Shown: one piece after another, positions 8,526 to 18,920 of the stretch | Layout of the letters: each line of letters starts with the position of its first letter | Numbering within the stretch: the first letter of the stretch is position 1 | Assembly: GCA_046094425.1 (NCBI GenBank) | Contig: JBJTHI010000158.1 | Span: forward strand, 1-62,835 | Reading direction: 5' to 3' | Source of the DNA: Burkholderiales bacterium | GTDB lineage: Bacteria; Pseudomonadota; Gammaproteobacteria; Burkholderiales; Burkholderiaceae_C | DNA length: 62,835 nucleotides | Notes under the pieces: generated by a model | The model's input: the letters and a program-made list of their open reading frames with translations, nothing else | Database searches by the model: none | What the model was told of the DNA's origin: nothing | Translations under genes and position numbers: made by a program

Positions 8526-9590
8526 ATGCCACTCGTCTCCATGCGCCAATTGCTCGACCATGCTGCTGAAAACGGCTATGGCATTCCGGCCTACAACGTC
8601 AACAACCTGGAGCAAGTTCAGGCGGTGATGGCGGCTGCCGATGAAGTGGGTTCGCCCGTGATTCTTCAAGCCAGCGCCGGGGCCCGCAAATACGCGGGCG
8701 AGGCCTTCATCAAACACCTGATTTCGGCGGCCATTGAAAGCTACCCCCACATTCCCTTGGTCATGCACCAAGACCACGGCCAAAGCCCTGATGTGTGCAA
8801 AGGGGCTATCGATCTCGGTTTCAGCTCGGTGATGATGGACGGTTCGCTGCAAGCCGACGGCAAAACCATTGCCAGCTTTGAATACAACGTGGATGTGACC
8901 CGCAAAGTGGTGGACATGGCCCACGCCTTGGGCGTGACGGTGGAAGGTGAACTCGGCTGCCTGGGTTCTTTGGAAACCATGAAAGGCGACAAAGAAGACG
9001 GCCACGGCACCGAAGCCACCATGACCATGGACCAGTTGCTCACCGACCCCGAAGAAGCTGCCGAGTTTGTGAAGCGCACCCAGTTGGACGCCTTGGCCAT
9101 TGCCATTGGCACCAGCCATGGCGCCTACAAATTCACCCGCAAGCCCACCGGGGACATCTTGGCCATCAGTCGCATCAAAGAAATTCACCGCCGCATTCCC
9201 AACACCCATTTGGTGATGCACGGCTCCAGCAGCGTGCCACAGAACCTGCTCGAAGAAATTCGCAAATACGGCGGCAACATGAAAGAAACCTATGGCGTGC
9301 CCGTGGCGGAGATTCAAGAAGCCATCAAACACGGCGTGCGCAAAATCAACATTGACACCGACATTCGTTTGGCCATGACGGGAGCGATCCGCAAGTTTTT
9401 CGTCGAGAACCCAGAGAAGTTCGACCCCCGCGAATACCTCAAGCCCGCCCGTGAAGCCGCCAAAGGCATTTGCAAACAGCGTTACTTGGAGTTCAACTGC
9501 GAAGGCCAAGCCGCCAAGATCAAACCGCAAACTTTGGTGCAGGTGTCGCAGCGTTATGCCAAGGGCGAGTTGGCGCAGACGGTGAATTAA
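8526..9590 (+). CDS. fba: class II fructose-bisphosphate aldolase
   Basis: 354 aa, with [27 protein letters not shown]...HGSSS motifs. Confidence 0.95.
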   Translation: MPLVSMRQLLDHAAENGYGIPAYNVNNLEQVQAVMAAADEVGSPVILQASAGARKYAGEAFIKHLISAAIESYPHIPLVMHQDHGQSPDVCKGAIDLGFSSVMMDGSLQADGKTIASFEYNVDVTRKVVDMAHALGVTVEGELGCLGSLETMKGDKEDGHGTEATMTMDQLLTDPEEAAEFVKRTQLDALAIAIGTSHGAYKFTRKPTGDILAISRIKEIHRRIPNTHLVMHGSSSVPQNLLEEIRKYGGNMKETYGVPVAEIQEAIKHGVRKINIDTDIRLAMTGAIRKFFVENPEKFDPREYLKPAREAAKGICKQRYLEFNCEGQAAKIKPQTLVQVSQRYAKGELAQTVN

Positions 9591-9652
9591 AGGGGCTGCG
9601 AGCGGCTTCGAGCGCAACGCACCGGAGGCTGGCGTTGATTGAGGCGAACCGC

Positions 9653-10369
9653 ATGCCTGGCCCCGATGTGAGTCACCGACAAAAGCAAGATGTTTTGTTG
9701 GTGACCTGTTTCGAGCCTTTTGGCGGCGACACCCTCAACTCGTCCCAAGCGGTTGCCCAAGCACTGCATGGGCAAGTGATAGGTGGTTTAACAGTGGTGG
9801 CCGTGGTGCTGCCCTGCGTTTTTGCGACGGCTCCTGTGGTGCTCAAGCAAGCACTTGAGCAATGGCAGCCGCGTTTAGTGCTCGCCTTGGGCCAAGCGGC
9901 GGGCCGGGCGGAGTTGTCGCTGGAACGCGTGGCGATCAATTGCATAGACGCCCCCATCGCTGACAACGCCGGTGGACAACCCACCGATGTTCAAATCGTT
10001 GAGGGTGGCCCGCCTGCCTATTTCACCACCCTGCCCGTGAAAGCCATGGTCAGCGCCATGCGCCAAGCCGGTGTACCTGCGGGTTTGTCTAACAGTGCGG
10101 GCACCTTTGTTTGCAACCAGGTCTTTTACTGTTTGCAGCATCAACTTGCCTCCGCCCGGCCTTCGGTGCCCAGCGGGTTCATGCATTTGCCGTTGTTGCC
10201 GGAGCAAGCGGTGGAACACGCCGACGGCTGCGATTCCACACGGCAACTGCCGAGCTTGCCGTTGCAACAGATGCTGAATGGGGTGCAGCTTGCACTGACG
10301 CAAGCAGTGGCCATGCTCAAGTGTACTGAGGTAGCACTTGCGCTACCGCTGTCGACTGGGTTGCACTAA
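9653..10369 (+). CDS. pcp: pyroglutamyl-peptidase I (pyrrolidone-carboxylate peptidase)
   Basis: [10 protein letters not shown], the catalytic Cys context AGTFVCN and GFMHLP are present. The start was chosen at MPGPD, because the longer ORF would overlap fba. Confidence 0.85.
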   Translation: MPGPDVSHRQKQDVLLVTCFEPFGGDTLNSSQAVAQALHGQVIGGLTVVAVVLPCVFATAPVVLKQALEQWQPRLVLALGQAAGRAELSLERVAINCIDAPIADNAGGQPTDVQIVEGGPPAYFTTLPVKAMVSAMRQAGVPAGLSNSAGTFVCNQVFYCLQHQLASARPSVPSGFMHLPLLPEQAVEHADGCDSTRQLPSLPLQQMLNGVQLALTQAVAMLKCTEVALALPLSTGLH

Positions 10370-10424
10370 ACGACTGGCGTATTGGCCCACTTACAATTTG
10401 CTCCATTCACCCAATCCCCGCCCT

Positions 10425-11345
10425 ATGTCTCCCGCTCCCAGCACCGCCCTGCTAGAAAGCCACCTGAAATCCCTGCCCCTGCTCGCGCGTGGCAAGGTGC
10501 GTGACAACTATGCGGTGGGCAGTGATCGCATCTTGATGGTGGCCAGTGACAGGCTGTCCGCGTTTGATGTGGTGATGGGCGAGCCCATTCCGGGCAAAGG
10601 GGCACTGCTCACTCAAATGGCGCTGTTTTGGTTTGAGCGTTTGGGCCACATCGTGCCGCATCACCTGACTGGCGAGTCGCCTGAGAGCGTGGTCTCTCCC
10701 GATGAAGTGGCACAGGTGCGTGGCCGCTCCATGCTGGTTAAGCGTTTGAAACCGTTGCCGGTCGAGGCCGTGGTGCGCGGTTATTTGGCGGGCAGTGGGT
10801 GGAAAGAGTATCAAGAGAACCAAGCGGTCTGTGGCGTGAAGTTGCCCGCCGGGTTGCGCAACGCGAGCCGCTTGCCGTCGCCTATCTTCACCCCAGCCAC
10901 CAAAGCCGAGATGGGCGACCATGACGAGAACATCAGTTTCGAGCGCATGGTGGAGATCATTGGTCTAGACTTGGCCACGCGCGTGCGCGACACGTCGATC
11001 AAGCTCTACCAAACCGCCGCCGAGATGGCCTGGGCCAAAGGCATCATCATTGCCGACACGAAGTTTGAATTTGGTTTGGACGAGCAAGGCACACTCACCC
11101 TGATGGACGAAGTGCTCACGCCCGACTCCTCGCGCTTTTGGCCGGTGGAAGGCTATGAAGCCGCTTTGCGCGATGGCCGCAACCCGCCCAGTTACGACAA
11201 GCAGTTTGTGCGCGATTGGTTGGAGCAAGCGCAGGTAGGTGGCCAGCCTTGGAACAAACAAGCGCCCGCGCCCGCGCTGCCCGCTGACGTGGTGGAACAC
11301 ACAGCGGCCACTTACCGCGAGGCCCTGGAGCGTCTGACCGGATGA
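10425..11345 (+). CDS. purC: phosphoribosylaminoimidazole-succinocarboxamide synthase
   Basis: GKVRDNY...[10 protein letters not shown]...IADTKFEFG motifs. The start was set at MSPAPS. Confidence 0.93.
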   Translation: MSPAPSTALLESHLKSLPLLARGKVRDNYAVGSDRILMVASDRLSAFDVVMGEPIPGKGALLTQMALFWFERLGHIVPHHLTGESPESVVSPDEVAQVRGRSMLVKRLKPLPVEAVVRGYLAGSGWKEYQENQAVCGVKLPAGLRNASRLPSPIFTPATKAEMGDHDENISFERMVEIIGLDLATRVRDTSIKLYQTAAEMAWAKGIIIADTKFEFGLDEQGTLTLMDEVLTPDSSRFWPVEGYEAALRDGRNPPSYDKQFVRDWLEQAQVGGQPWNKQAPAPALPADVVEHTAATYREALERLTG

Positions 11346-12457
11346 GCGTTATGGTGGGCCGCTTGCCGTCCAAGTTGCTGGCGCGACTGGACGCGGCCAT
11401 CGCCCACACTTTGCATCCAGTAGACCAAGCATGTTTACGCGCCGAGCGGGCGAGTTACTTTGCGCGGCAAGGCTATTTTGAGCAAGCGCGCGCCGAAATC
11501 AGCGACCTGCATCGTTTGTTTGATGGGCGACCCCACCCGGCCGTCAGTGCCCATGTGGCCATGGCCGAGGGTTTGCTGGCCTTTCACGAAGATGTAGGCG
11601 TTGCCGCACCTGACAAGTTCAAACGCGCTCAAGCTCTGAGTCGGGCCGCTGGCTTGCCCCAAGTGCAGGCCCTGGCCAGTGCGTGGCTGGCACACACCGA
11701 CTATGTGGCGCTGGATTTTTCGCCGATGGCCAGCCACGCGAAAGAGGCGCTGCAACTGGCCGCGCCCGACCACCACGCCGCCCGGGCACGCACCTGCTTG
11801 GTGGTGGGCACAGCCTTGGACTTTGCGGGCCGACTCGATTTAGCCCAGCCCTGGTACACCAAGGCCCGCGAGCATGCGAATGCTGATGGTGACGACGCCA
11901 CACTCAGCGCGCTCAACACCAATATGGCGTCGCAGTTGTGTGACCACGCCTTGCGGGGCAGTTTGTTTGGTACAGCGGTGGATGAGGCCGCACGCCATGC
12001 GCTGGCCAGCGCTGAATCGGCCGACAGTTTTGAACGCTGGGTGGGCACGGTGTCGCTGCCTGCTTGGGTGCCCATGTTGCGCGCAGTGGCGCTCTCGGTG
12101 TCAGGTCAAGCGCAAGCGGCCTTGGTGCTTTACAGGGCTCATTTAGAGGAAGCGAAACAGCAGGGGCTCTCCCGTTTGGCCTCGACCTATTTAGCCGACA
12201 TGGCTTGGTGCGAATGGCGCGTGGGTGATGGCCAGGCAGCGCGCCAGAGCGCACAAGCAGCCTTGGAAAATTTGCCTATGACGCCGTATGCAGACGATCG
12301 CGCCGTGGCACATGCCCGCTTGACCCAGGTGTTTCGTGCTTTGCGTGACGAGGCGGGCGCGCTCAATCATGATGCCCAAGCCCAAACCTATTGGGCACAA
12401 CACCAGGCGGTACAGCACGAGGTGGTGGGGCTGCTCGGCGACTGGTCTGTTGCTTAG
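11342..12457 (+). CDS. hypothetical protein, helical-repeat (TPR-like) appearance
   Basis: 371-aa Ala/Leu-rich ORF whose start overlaps the purC stop (ATGA). No recognisable catalytic motif. Confidence 0.55.
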   Translation: MSVMVGRLPSKLLARLDAAIAHTLHPVDQACLRAERASYFARQGYFEQARAEISDLHRLFDGRPHPAVSAHVAMAEGLLAFHEDVGVAAPDKFKRAQALSRAAGLPQVQALASAWLAHTDYVALDFSPMASHAKEALQLAAPDHHAARARTCLVVGTALDFAGRLDLAQPWYTKAREHANADGDDATLSALNTNMASQLCDHALRGSLFGTAVDEAARHALASAESADSFERWVGTVSLPAWVPMLRAVALSVSGQAQAALVLYRAHLEEAKQQGLSRLASTYLADMAWCEWRVGDGQAARQSAQAALENLPMTPYADDRAVAHARLTQVFRALRDEAGALNHDAQAQTYWAQHQAVQHEVVGLLGDWSVA

Positions 12458-12469
12458 GGTCAACAGACC
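12444..12469. terminator. 9-bp hairpin between convergent genes (GGTCTGTTG-n8-CAACAGACC)
   Basis: The inverted repeat spans the two stop codons. There is no U-tract, so terminator function is uncertain. Confidence 0.35.
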
Positions 12470-13420
12470 CTAGAACAACACCATGCTGAGTTTGCGCCGG
12501 TAGCCATCCACCACTGGGTCGGCAGGTTGGGTGTCCACCTTGCCCGTCACCTCTAGCGCGCCCTTGACGGGTGTGGCCGCTTGGGCGGCTTTGGGTGGGG
12601 CGGTGGGCGTCATGATGTCCAAAATCGCCACATAGGTTTTGCGCGCCAATTCGTCCTTCCAAGTTTTGTCGCGCATCAAAATTTCCAGCAACTCGTCCAT
12701 GGCTTGCGTGAAACGCTGGGCGGCGAAGGCTTGTTGGGCCAGGGCGAAACGCGCGTCGAAGTCACGTTTGTTGGCGGTAATGGCAGCGGACAAATTGTCA
12801 GCAGAGGGTGTTGTCGGCGCTTGTTCGCAGGCCTGCAACCAATGGCCGCAAGCGGCGAGGCGGGCGTCCAACATCACTTTGCTGGCAACGGGGTCAAACG
12901 CGGCGCGGGCTTCCGCCACGCGGCCACTCTTCAACAAAGCGCGCAGGTAGTCCACCCGGGCGGCATCGTCGCCTGGGTTGATGGCCACGGCTTCCTGCAA
13001 CTTGGCCAAGGCGCTGTCTGCATCGCCTTCGGCCAGCAACTCGGCAGCTTCTTCCACGTCTTCTTCGGCGGCCACTTCGTCTGCCGTCGGCACGTGTTTG
13101 TCCAGAAACTCGCGGATCTGGGCTTCGGGTACCGCACCCACAAATCCGTCCACAGGTTGACCGTCTTTGAACATCACGCAAAACGGAATGCTGCGCACAC
13201 CAAAAAGTTGCGAGAGTTGGCCGGCGATTTCGGGCTGCTCATCGGAGTTCAGTTTGGCCAGGCGGAAGCGGCCTGCATAAGCCACCTCCAACTTTTCCAG
13301 CACCGGTCCGAGAGATTTGCAGGGGCCGCACCAGGGGGCCCAAATGTCCAACAGCACGGGTTGTTCGGTGGAGGCTTGAACTAGTTCGGCTTCCAGGTTT
13401 TGGAGGGTGATGTCGATCAT
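12470..13420 (-). CDS. thioredoxin-domain / TPR co-chaperone (YbbN/CnoX-like)
   Basis: WAPWCGPCK active site followed by a C-terminal helical-repeat region. The start was taken at MIDITLQN. Confidence 0.85.
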   Translation of the reverse strand: MIDITLQNLEAELVQASTEQPVLLDIWAPWCGPCKSLGPVLEKLEVAYAGRFRLAKLNSDEQPEIAGQLSQLFGVRSIPFCVMFKDGQPVDGFVGAVPEAQIREFLDKHVPTADEVAAEEDVEEAAELLAEGDADSALAKLQEAVAINPGDDAARVDYLRALLKSGRVAEARAAFDPVASKVMLDARLAACGHWLQACEQAPTTPSADNLSAAITANKRDFDARFALAQQAFAAQRFTQAMDELLEILMRDKTWKDELARKTYVAILDIMTPTAPPKAAQAATPVKGALEVTGKVDTQPADPVVDGYRRKLSMVLF

Positions 13421-13505
13421 GGGGTGGGGAATGTGAATCAAAGGCGTGGGCAGGAGATGCAGGCGTGCAGCCTACAATTCAAGCCACTTGGAGGAATAGA
13501 GCAGC

Positions 13506-14015
13506 ATGAGCGCGGATATGGGCGAAAAAACAGTGTTGGTGGGCGTGGTCATGGGGTCGAGCAGTGACTGGGAAACCCTGCGCGTAGCAACCGACATTCT
13601 CGCCCAGTTCGGTGTCACTCATGAAGCCCGCGTGGTTTCTGCTCACCGCATGCCCGACGACATGTTCGCCTATGCAGAAAGTGCGGCAGCACGAGGCTTG
13701 CAAGCCATCATTGCCGGCGCTGGCGGCGCGGCACACTTGCCCGGCATGTTGGCCGCCAAAACCACGGTGCCTGTGTTGGGTGTGCCGGTGGCAAGCCGCC
13801 ATTTGTCTGGGGTGGATTCTTTGCATTCCATCGTGCAAATGCCCAAAGGCATACCCGTAGCGACTTTTGCCATTGGCACTGCGGGCGCGGCCAACGCTGC
13901 GCTCTTTGCGGTGGCCATGCTTGCCAACAACAATCCCGCCTTGCGTACCCAACTGGAGGCCTACCGCGCACGCCAAACCGAAGCGGCGCGTGCCATGAGC
14001 GCTGATCTGAAGTGA
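13506..14015 (+). CDS. purE: 5-(carboxyamino)imidazole ribonucleotide mutase
   Basis: [14 protein letters not shown]...[11 protein letters not shown] motifs. Confidence 0.95.
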   Translation: MSADMGEKTVLVGVVMGSSSDWETLRVATDILAQFGVTHEARVVSAHRMPDDMFAYAESAAARGLQAIIAGAGGAAHLPGMLAAKTTVPVLGVPVASRHLSGVDSLHSIVQMPKGIPVATFAIGTAGAANAALFAVAMLANNNPALRTQLEAYRARQTEAARAMSADLK

Positions 14016-15181
14016 GTTCACCGAAACAAGCCATTCTTCCCGGAGCCACCTTGGGTGTGATGGGCGGCGGTCAATTGGGCCGCATGTGGGCACACGCGGC
14101 CCAGCAACTGGGCTACTTCACGGCGGTACTGGACGCCGATGCACACAGCCCGGCGGGATTGGTGTCGCACCACCATGTGCAGGCGGGTTATTTGGATGAA
14201 GCCGCCTTGGCCGCTTTGGCCACTTGTTCATCCGCCATCACCACCGAGTTTGAAAACGTGCCCGCTGCCGCGCTGGAAGCCTTGACGAAACAACGCCCGG
14301 TCTCGCCCCCTGCACAAGCGGTTGCCATTTGCCAAGACCGCGTGCTGGAGAAAACCCACTTCACCCGCTGCAGTGTGCCCTGCGCACCTTATGCGGTGAT
14401 TGAAACGGCGGAGCAACTGGCCGCAGCACCCAGTGACTTGCTGCCCGGCATACTCAAAACCTCACGCCTGGGTTACGACGGTAAAGGCCAGGCTCGCGTG
14501 ACCACGCGGCAAGAACTGGCAGCGGCCTGGGCGGGGCTGCAACAAGCACCTTGCGTGCTAGAAAAAATGTTGCCACTGGCGTTTGAAGTCAGCGTCATCG
14601 TGGCGCGTGGGGTGGACGGCCACGTGGTGCATTTGCCATTGCAACAAAACCTGCACCGCGATGGCATTTTGGCGGTGACGCAAGTGCCTGCACCCGATCT
14701 GAACAGTGCCCTACAAACCCAGGCTGTGGCGCAAGCGACTGCTGTGGCGGCGTCCATGAACTATGTGGGCGTGTTGTGTGTGGAGTTTTTTGTGCTGCAA
14801 GACGGCACGCTGGTGGCCAACGAGATGGCACCGCGTCCGCATAACTCGGGCCACTACAGCATGGATGCTTGCGATGTGTCGCAGTTCGAGCTGCAAGTGC
14901 GCACCATGACCGGCAACCCGTTGACTGCACCGCGTTTGCATTCTCCCGCTGTCATGCTGAATTTACTCGGCGATCTGTGGTTTGACGACCAGGGCCATGC
15001 GCGAAACCCTGCATGGGAAAAAGTGCTGGCCTTGCCGGGTATGCACTTGCATTTGTACGGCAAAACCGAGCCCAGACGTGGCCGCAAGATGGGGCATTTG
15101 ACAGTCACCGCCAGTACCTCGGCGGGGGCCAAAGACATCGCCTTGCAAGCGGCCGCTTTGTTAGGTTTACCCCCCTTCTAA
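14012..15181 (+). CDS. purK: 5-(carboxyamino)imidazole ribonucleotide synthase
   Basis: ATP-grasp protein with a GTGA overlap onto purE; contains [12 protein letters not shown]. Confidence 0.93.
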   Translation: MSSPKQAILPGATLGVMGGGQLGRMWAHAAQQLGYFTAVLDADAHSPAGLVSHHHVQAGYLDEAALAALATCSSAITTEFENVPAAALEALTKQRPVSPPAQAVAICQDRVLEKTHFTRCSVPCAPYAVIETAEQLAAAPSDLLPGILKTSRLGYDGKGQARVTTRQELAAAWAGLQQAPCVLEKMLPLAFEVSVIVARGVDGHVVHLPLQQNLHRDGILAVTQVPAPDLNSALQTQAVAQATAVAASMNYVGVLCVEFFVLQDGTLVANEMAPRPHNSGHYSMDACDVSQFELQVRTMTGNPLTAPRLHSPAVMLNLLGDLWFDDQGHARNPAWEKVLALPGMHLHLYGKTEPRRGRKMGHLTVTASTSAGAKDIALQAAALLGLPPF

Positions 15182-15191
15182 CCTTCCCACC

Positions 15192-16196
15192 ATGCTGCTT
15201 GATGGCACAGCCCCCGGCGTGATAGAGCAGGCCGCGCAGCAATTGGCGCGTGGCGAGTTATTGGCTTTCCCTACCGAAACGGTTTATGGCCTGGGCGCAC
15301 GTGCCGACAGCGATGAAGCCGTGGCAAAAATTTTTACCGCCAAAGGCAGGCCGACGGATCACCCCTTGATAGTTCATGTGGTCGATGCCACCGCTGCCCT
15401 CGCGTTCACGCCCCATGTGCCCGAAACTGCTCAAAAACTCATGGCTGCACACTGGCCTGGCCCGCTGACCCTGGTGTTGGCGCGTCGTCCCGAAGTGGGT
15501 ACAGCCGCAGCCGGTGGACAGGACAGCATTGGTTTGCGTTGCCCCGCCCATCCGCAAGCCCAAGCCCTGCTGCGTGCGGCGTTGGCGCTGGGTGTACACG
15601 GGGTGGCCGCACCCAGTGCGAATCGGTTCGGGCGCATCAGCCCCACCACGGCGGCGCATGTGGCTTCTGAGTTTGAGCCGGGTTTGTGGGTGCTCGATGG
15701 TGGCCCTTGCGAGGTGGGCATTGAATCCACCATTGTGGACTGTCGCCCCCGCCAGGCAGTGTTGCTGCGGCCCGGGCAAATCAGCCGTGTGCAGTTGGAG
15801 GCTTTGCTAGGAGAGCCGCTGGGTGTGCGTGATGCCTTGTCACCCCGCGTCTCTGGCAATTTGGCTTCGCATTACGCGCCGCAAGCCCCCCTGCGTTTGA
15901 TGACTGCGCCGATGATCGGCCAAGCTCTGGCCGTCTTGTTCGGGGAGAGCGGCCCCGCAGCGACGCCAGCGCCTTTGAAGCTGGCGGTATATTCCCGCGT
16001 CCCTCCCAGGCGTTCTGCGCCAGGCTTGCTGGTGCATCGCATGCCCGACGCGCCCGATGCCGCCGCCCATGAATTGTTTTCCGTGCTGCGAAGTTTTGAT
16101 GAACAAGGCGCGAAATTGATTTGGGTGGAAGAGCCCCCCGACACCCCCGAATGGGAAGGGGTGCGTGACCGTTTGCTGCGTGCCGCAGCGATTTGA
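15192..16196 (+). CDS. tsaC: L-threonylcarbamoyladenylate synthase (YrdC domain plus Sua5 C-terminal domain)
   Basis: FPTETVYGLGA...KGRPTDHPLIVHV, with a length (334 aa) that fits the Sua5 type. Confidence 0.9.
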   Translation: MLLDGTAPGVIEQAAQQLARGELLAFPTETVYGLGARADSDEAVAKIFTAKGRPTDHPLIVHVVDATAALAFTPHVPETAQKLMAAHWPGPLTLVLARRPEVGTAAAGGQDSIGLRCPAHPQAQALLRAALALGVHGVAAPSANRFGRISPTTAAHVASEFEPGLWVLDGGPCEVGIESTIVDCRPRQAVLLRPGQISRVQLEALLGEPLGVRDALSPRVSGNLASHYAPQAPLRLMTAPMIGQALAVLFGESGPAATPAPLKLAVYSRVPPRRSAPGLLVHRMPDAPDAAAHELFSVLRSFDEQGAKLIWVEEPPDTPEWEGVRDRLLRAAAI

Positions 16197-16208
16197 ACTG
16201 GAGTTTTT

Positions 16209-17171
16209 ATGTTTGTTGTGCGTAAGGTGTTTGACTTGGTGATGGCACGCCAGCGCTTGGTTTGGATGGCAGCAGCAACCAGCTTGTCGCTCGCAGCATG
16301 TGGCGGTGGCGACCAAGTGACAAAATTCGTGCCCGCTCGTGTGATTTCTTTTGGTGACGAAAACAGCGTTATCACCAGCACCGGGTCGAACTACAGCATC
16401 AATGGCCTGAACGCTGACAAAACAGCGGTGGACTGCGGCCTGAACCGCATTTGGAATCAAATTTTGGCCAATTCCTACGGCCTGAATTTTCCGCAGTGTG
16501 CGGGCGGTGCTATGGTAACCAACAGCCGCATCTTGGCCACGCCTGCTTCCAAGGTGGCAGATGTGAAAAGCCAAATCGACCAATTCCTGACCACCGACCG
16601 GTTTGCCAGCAACGATTTGGTTTCGGTGTTGGTGGGTCAGAACGATTTGTGGGCGCAATATGCGCTTTACAACGGCAGCAACGAAGCCAGTTTGATTGCG
16701 GCCATGGAAGCCGCAGGTGTGCTCTATGCAGAACAAGTCAATCGAGTGGCCAATGCGGGTGCGCGCGTGATCGTGTCCACCATGCCCGACCAAAGCCTTA
16801 CACCATTTGCTTTGGCGCAAAAAGCCGCCAACACCGACACCGACCGCGCGGCATTGATCAAACGCTTGATGAGCGCCTTCCATTTGAAGCTGCGCACCAC
16901 CCTCATCAACGACGGCACCCGCATCGGCCTGGTGCTGGCCGATGAACTGACCCAACAAATCGTGCAGTTCCCTGCCAACTTCAGTTACACCAACACCAAC
17001 ACCGCCGCGTGTTTGTCCACGGCTGTGCTGCCCAATTGCACCAGCGCCACCTTGGTGAGCGGGGCTGATCCTAGCGGCTGGCTGTGGGCGGATGTGACAC
17101 ACTTGTCCGCTGGCGGTCACTCTCGGTTGGGTGAAGCGGCTAGGGCGAGGGCGACGGGGAATCCGTTTTGA
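16209..17171 (+). CDS. SGNH/GDSL-family esterase lipoprotein
   Basis: Lipobox LSLAAC, a block I variant ISFGDENS and a C-terminal DVTHLS block. Confidence 0.75.
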   Translation: MFVVRKVFDLVMARQRLVWMAAATSLSLAACGGGDQVTKFVPARVISFGDENSVITSTGSNYSINGLNADKTAVDCGLNRIWNQILANSYGLNFPQCAGGAMVTNSRILATPASKVADVKSQIDQFLTTDRFASNDLVSVLVGQNDLWAQYALYNGSNEASLIAAMEAAGVLYAEQVNRVANAGARVIVSTMPDQSLTPFALAQKAANTDTDRAALIKRLMSAFHLKLRTTLINDGTRIGLVLADELTQQIVQFPANFSYTNTNTAACLSTAVLPNCTSATLVSGADPSGWLWADVTHLSAGGHSRLGEAARARATGNPF

Positions 17172-17293
17172 CGTGAGAGGTGGCCTTGGCCCCTTATTTG
17201 AAGTAGTGCGTACCCAATCATTTTTAGTTTCTGGCCCCTCTCGGGTTTGCCCTGCTTCTGGCTGCGAGTCGGCAGTTCTATAGTTCAGACTGA

Positions 17294-17313
17294 AAACGAA
17301 CGATCGTTCGTTT
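17294..17313. promoter_or_regulatory. perfect 20-bp palindrome AAACGAACGA|TCGTTCGTTT, putative operator upstream of the second GDSL esterase gene
   Basis: Verified base by base. It lies ~80 nt upstream of the ATG at 17395 and just upstream of a TTGACT -35-like hexamer. Confidence 0.4.
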
Positions 17314-17394
17314 CGCTTCTGACGTCTGGCCGGGGTTGACTTTGACCTTGGCGCTGAAATGCCAACACGGCTCACACCACCACAAGGGGACTTC

Positions 17395-18594
17395 ATGAAA
17401 CAGATTCGTACCTGGATGGCAATTGCCACCGCTTGCGTTTTGCTCACCGCCTGCGGCGGCGGTGGCTCGGATACCGCAGAGGTGAACTACAACGCGGGCA
17501 GCGGTTTGTTGTCCGGCGCTCCCACCAGCAAGGGTAACTTTGTCTCGGTGGTGTCGTTTGGTGACAGCTTGAGTGACGCGGGGTCTTACACACCGGCCAC
17601 CTCAGCCACAGCCAATGGTCAAGCCCCTTTCATTGGCGGGCGTTTCACCACCAATGCCACCGGTTCCACGGTGTGGGTGGAGAACGTGGCCACTGCCTTG
17701 GGTTTGGTGATCACACCGCACGAAGTGGGTTTTGGTGCCGCATCGGCCAAGTGCCCGGCGGCGGCAAACCCCGCGCTGGCCAACACGTGCACGGCTTATG
17801 GCCAAGGTGGCTCTCGGGTGACCGACCCGAATGGCATCGGCAAGGCCGGCGGTGCATTGACCGTGCCGGTGAAAACCCAAATTGCCAATCATTTGGCGCG
17901 TTTTGGCAACTTCAAAGGCAACGAGTTGGTGTTGGTTTTGGCCGGGCCAAACGACATCTTCACTCAGTTTGGTGTGTTTGCCGCCAAGGCCACACAGAAC
18001 GGGATTGATGTCGCCGCAGGTCGCCTCACACAAGCCCAAGCCGACCAAGCCAACCAAGCGAACGCTTTTGCCGCCCAAGGCGAGGTGAAAAAAGCTGCTT
18101 TGGAACTGGCCGGTTATATCCGCACGGAAATACTGGCCAAAGGTGCCAAATACGTGGCAGTGGTGACAACGCCTGATTTGGCAGCGACACCGTTTGGAGC
18201 ATCGGTGCCCGCGACGGCACGCCCGCAACTCACCGCCATGGTGGACGTGCTCAACCTGTGGTTGCGCGACGGCTTGAGTGGCCAGCCTGTGGGCATCATC
18301 GATGGCAACGGCTTCTTCAAAAACATCGTCGCCAATCCGGCCGCATTTGGTTTCACCAATGTCACCTCGCGCGCTTGTGATGTGGCGAAGATTCAAGCCA
18401 TCACCGGCGGTGCTGTCACCGATGGTTCCTCCTTGTTCTGCAACAGCACGGCAGGCGCACCATTCAATGGTTTAGCGACAGACGCCAGTGCCACCACCTG
18501 GTTCTTCGCTGACGGTGTTCATCCCACCACGGGAGGCCACAAGGCGTTCACCGACGAAGCGATGAAGGTGCTGCGCGCATTCGGCTGGATTTGA
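17395..18594 (+). CDS. SGNH/GDSL-family esterase/lipase lipoprotein
   Basis: Lipobox LLTAC, a canonical SFGDSLSDAG block I and C-terminal DGVHPT. The RBS AAGGGGA precedes the ATG. Confidence 0.8.
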   Translation: MKQIRTWMAIATACVLLTACGGGGSDTAEVNYNAGSGLLSGAPTSKGNFVSVVSFGDSLSDAGSYTPATSATANGQAPFIGGRFTTNATGSTVWVENVATALGLVITPHEVGFGAASAKCPAAANPALANTCTAYGQGGSRVTDPNGIGKAGGALTVPVKTQIANHLARFGNFKGNELVLVLAGPNDIFTQFGVFAAKATQNGIDVAAGRLTQAQADQANQANAFAAQGEVKKAALELAGYIRTEILAKGAKYVAVVTTPDLAATPFGASVPATARPQLTAMVDVLNLWLRDGLSGQPVGIIDGNGFFKNIVANPAAFGFTNVTSRACDVAKIQAITGGAVTDGSSLFCNSTAGAPFNGLATDASATTWFFADGVHPTTGGHKAFTDEAMKVLRAFGWI

Positions 18595-18612
18595 GTTGGT
18601 CGTTGTCGCCGC

Positions 18613-18651
18613 GGGTTCAAGCACCTGGTGTGCTTGAACCCTTTTTATTTT
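18613..18651 (+). terminator. rho-independent terminator (12-bp stem GGGTTCAAGCAC / GTGCTTGAACCC plus T-run)
   Basis: Perfect stem with loop CTGGT, followed by TTTTTATTTTT. Confidence 0.7.
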
Positions 18652-18920
18652 TGCTGCTGCCCCATCAAGAGTTTCATCGACAAGATGCTGAGAGACAGCA
18701 ACAAGGTCACCACATTGGCCACGATGATGGGCCAGGCTTTCAGCGCCCAGCCATAGACCAACCACAGCGCCACACCCAGGGTGAATACGCTGTACATGCC
18801 CAGTGATATGCCGCTGACATCACGGGTTTTGAAGGTGAGCCAAGCCTGGGGCACAAAAGCCACCGTGGTGAGCACGGCGGCGGCGTAACCAAACCAATCA
18901 ATGGATGGATTTAGGTTCAT
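18645..18920 (-). CDS. SemiSWEET / PQ-loop family transporter
   Basis: 91 aa with three TM helices and a PQ motif (FVPQAW). Its start overlaps the dacB stop. Confidence 0.8.
   Translation of the reverse strand: MNLNPSIDWFGYAAAVLTTVAFVPQAWLTFKTRDVSGISLGMYSVFTLGVALWLVYGWALKAWPIIVANVVTLLLSLSILSMKLLMGQQQK

Noticed and set aside
8403-9617. 404-aa minus-strand ORF opposite fba. Similar long antisense ORFs include 645..1421, 992..1870, 3352..4320, 15840..17447, 22285..23280, 34670..35971, 41442..42557, 55501..56352 and 60842..61480.
   Set aside because: These are typical high-GC shadow ORFs. They lie exactly antisense to genes with clear family signatures, they are rich in Arg/Gly/His/Ala with no recognisable motifs, and the sense-strand genes already fill the space with coupled starts and stops.
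9470-9652. N-terminal extension of the pcp ORF overlapping the 3' end of fba, and similarly 10338..10424 for purC, 20385..20480 for tsaB, 38134..38253 for the response regulator and 55384..55539 for the kinase-like gene
   Set aside because: The extensions overlap upstream genes or lack family homology. Internal ATG/GTG starts align with the conserved N-termini and have better RBS context.
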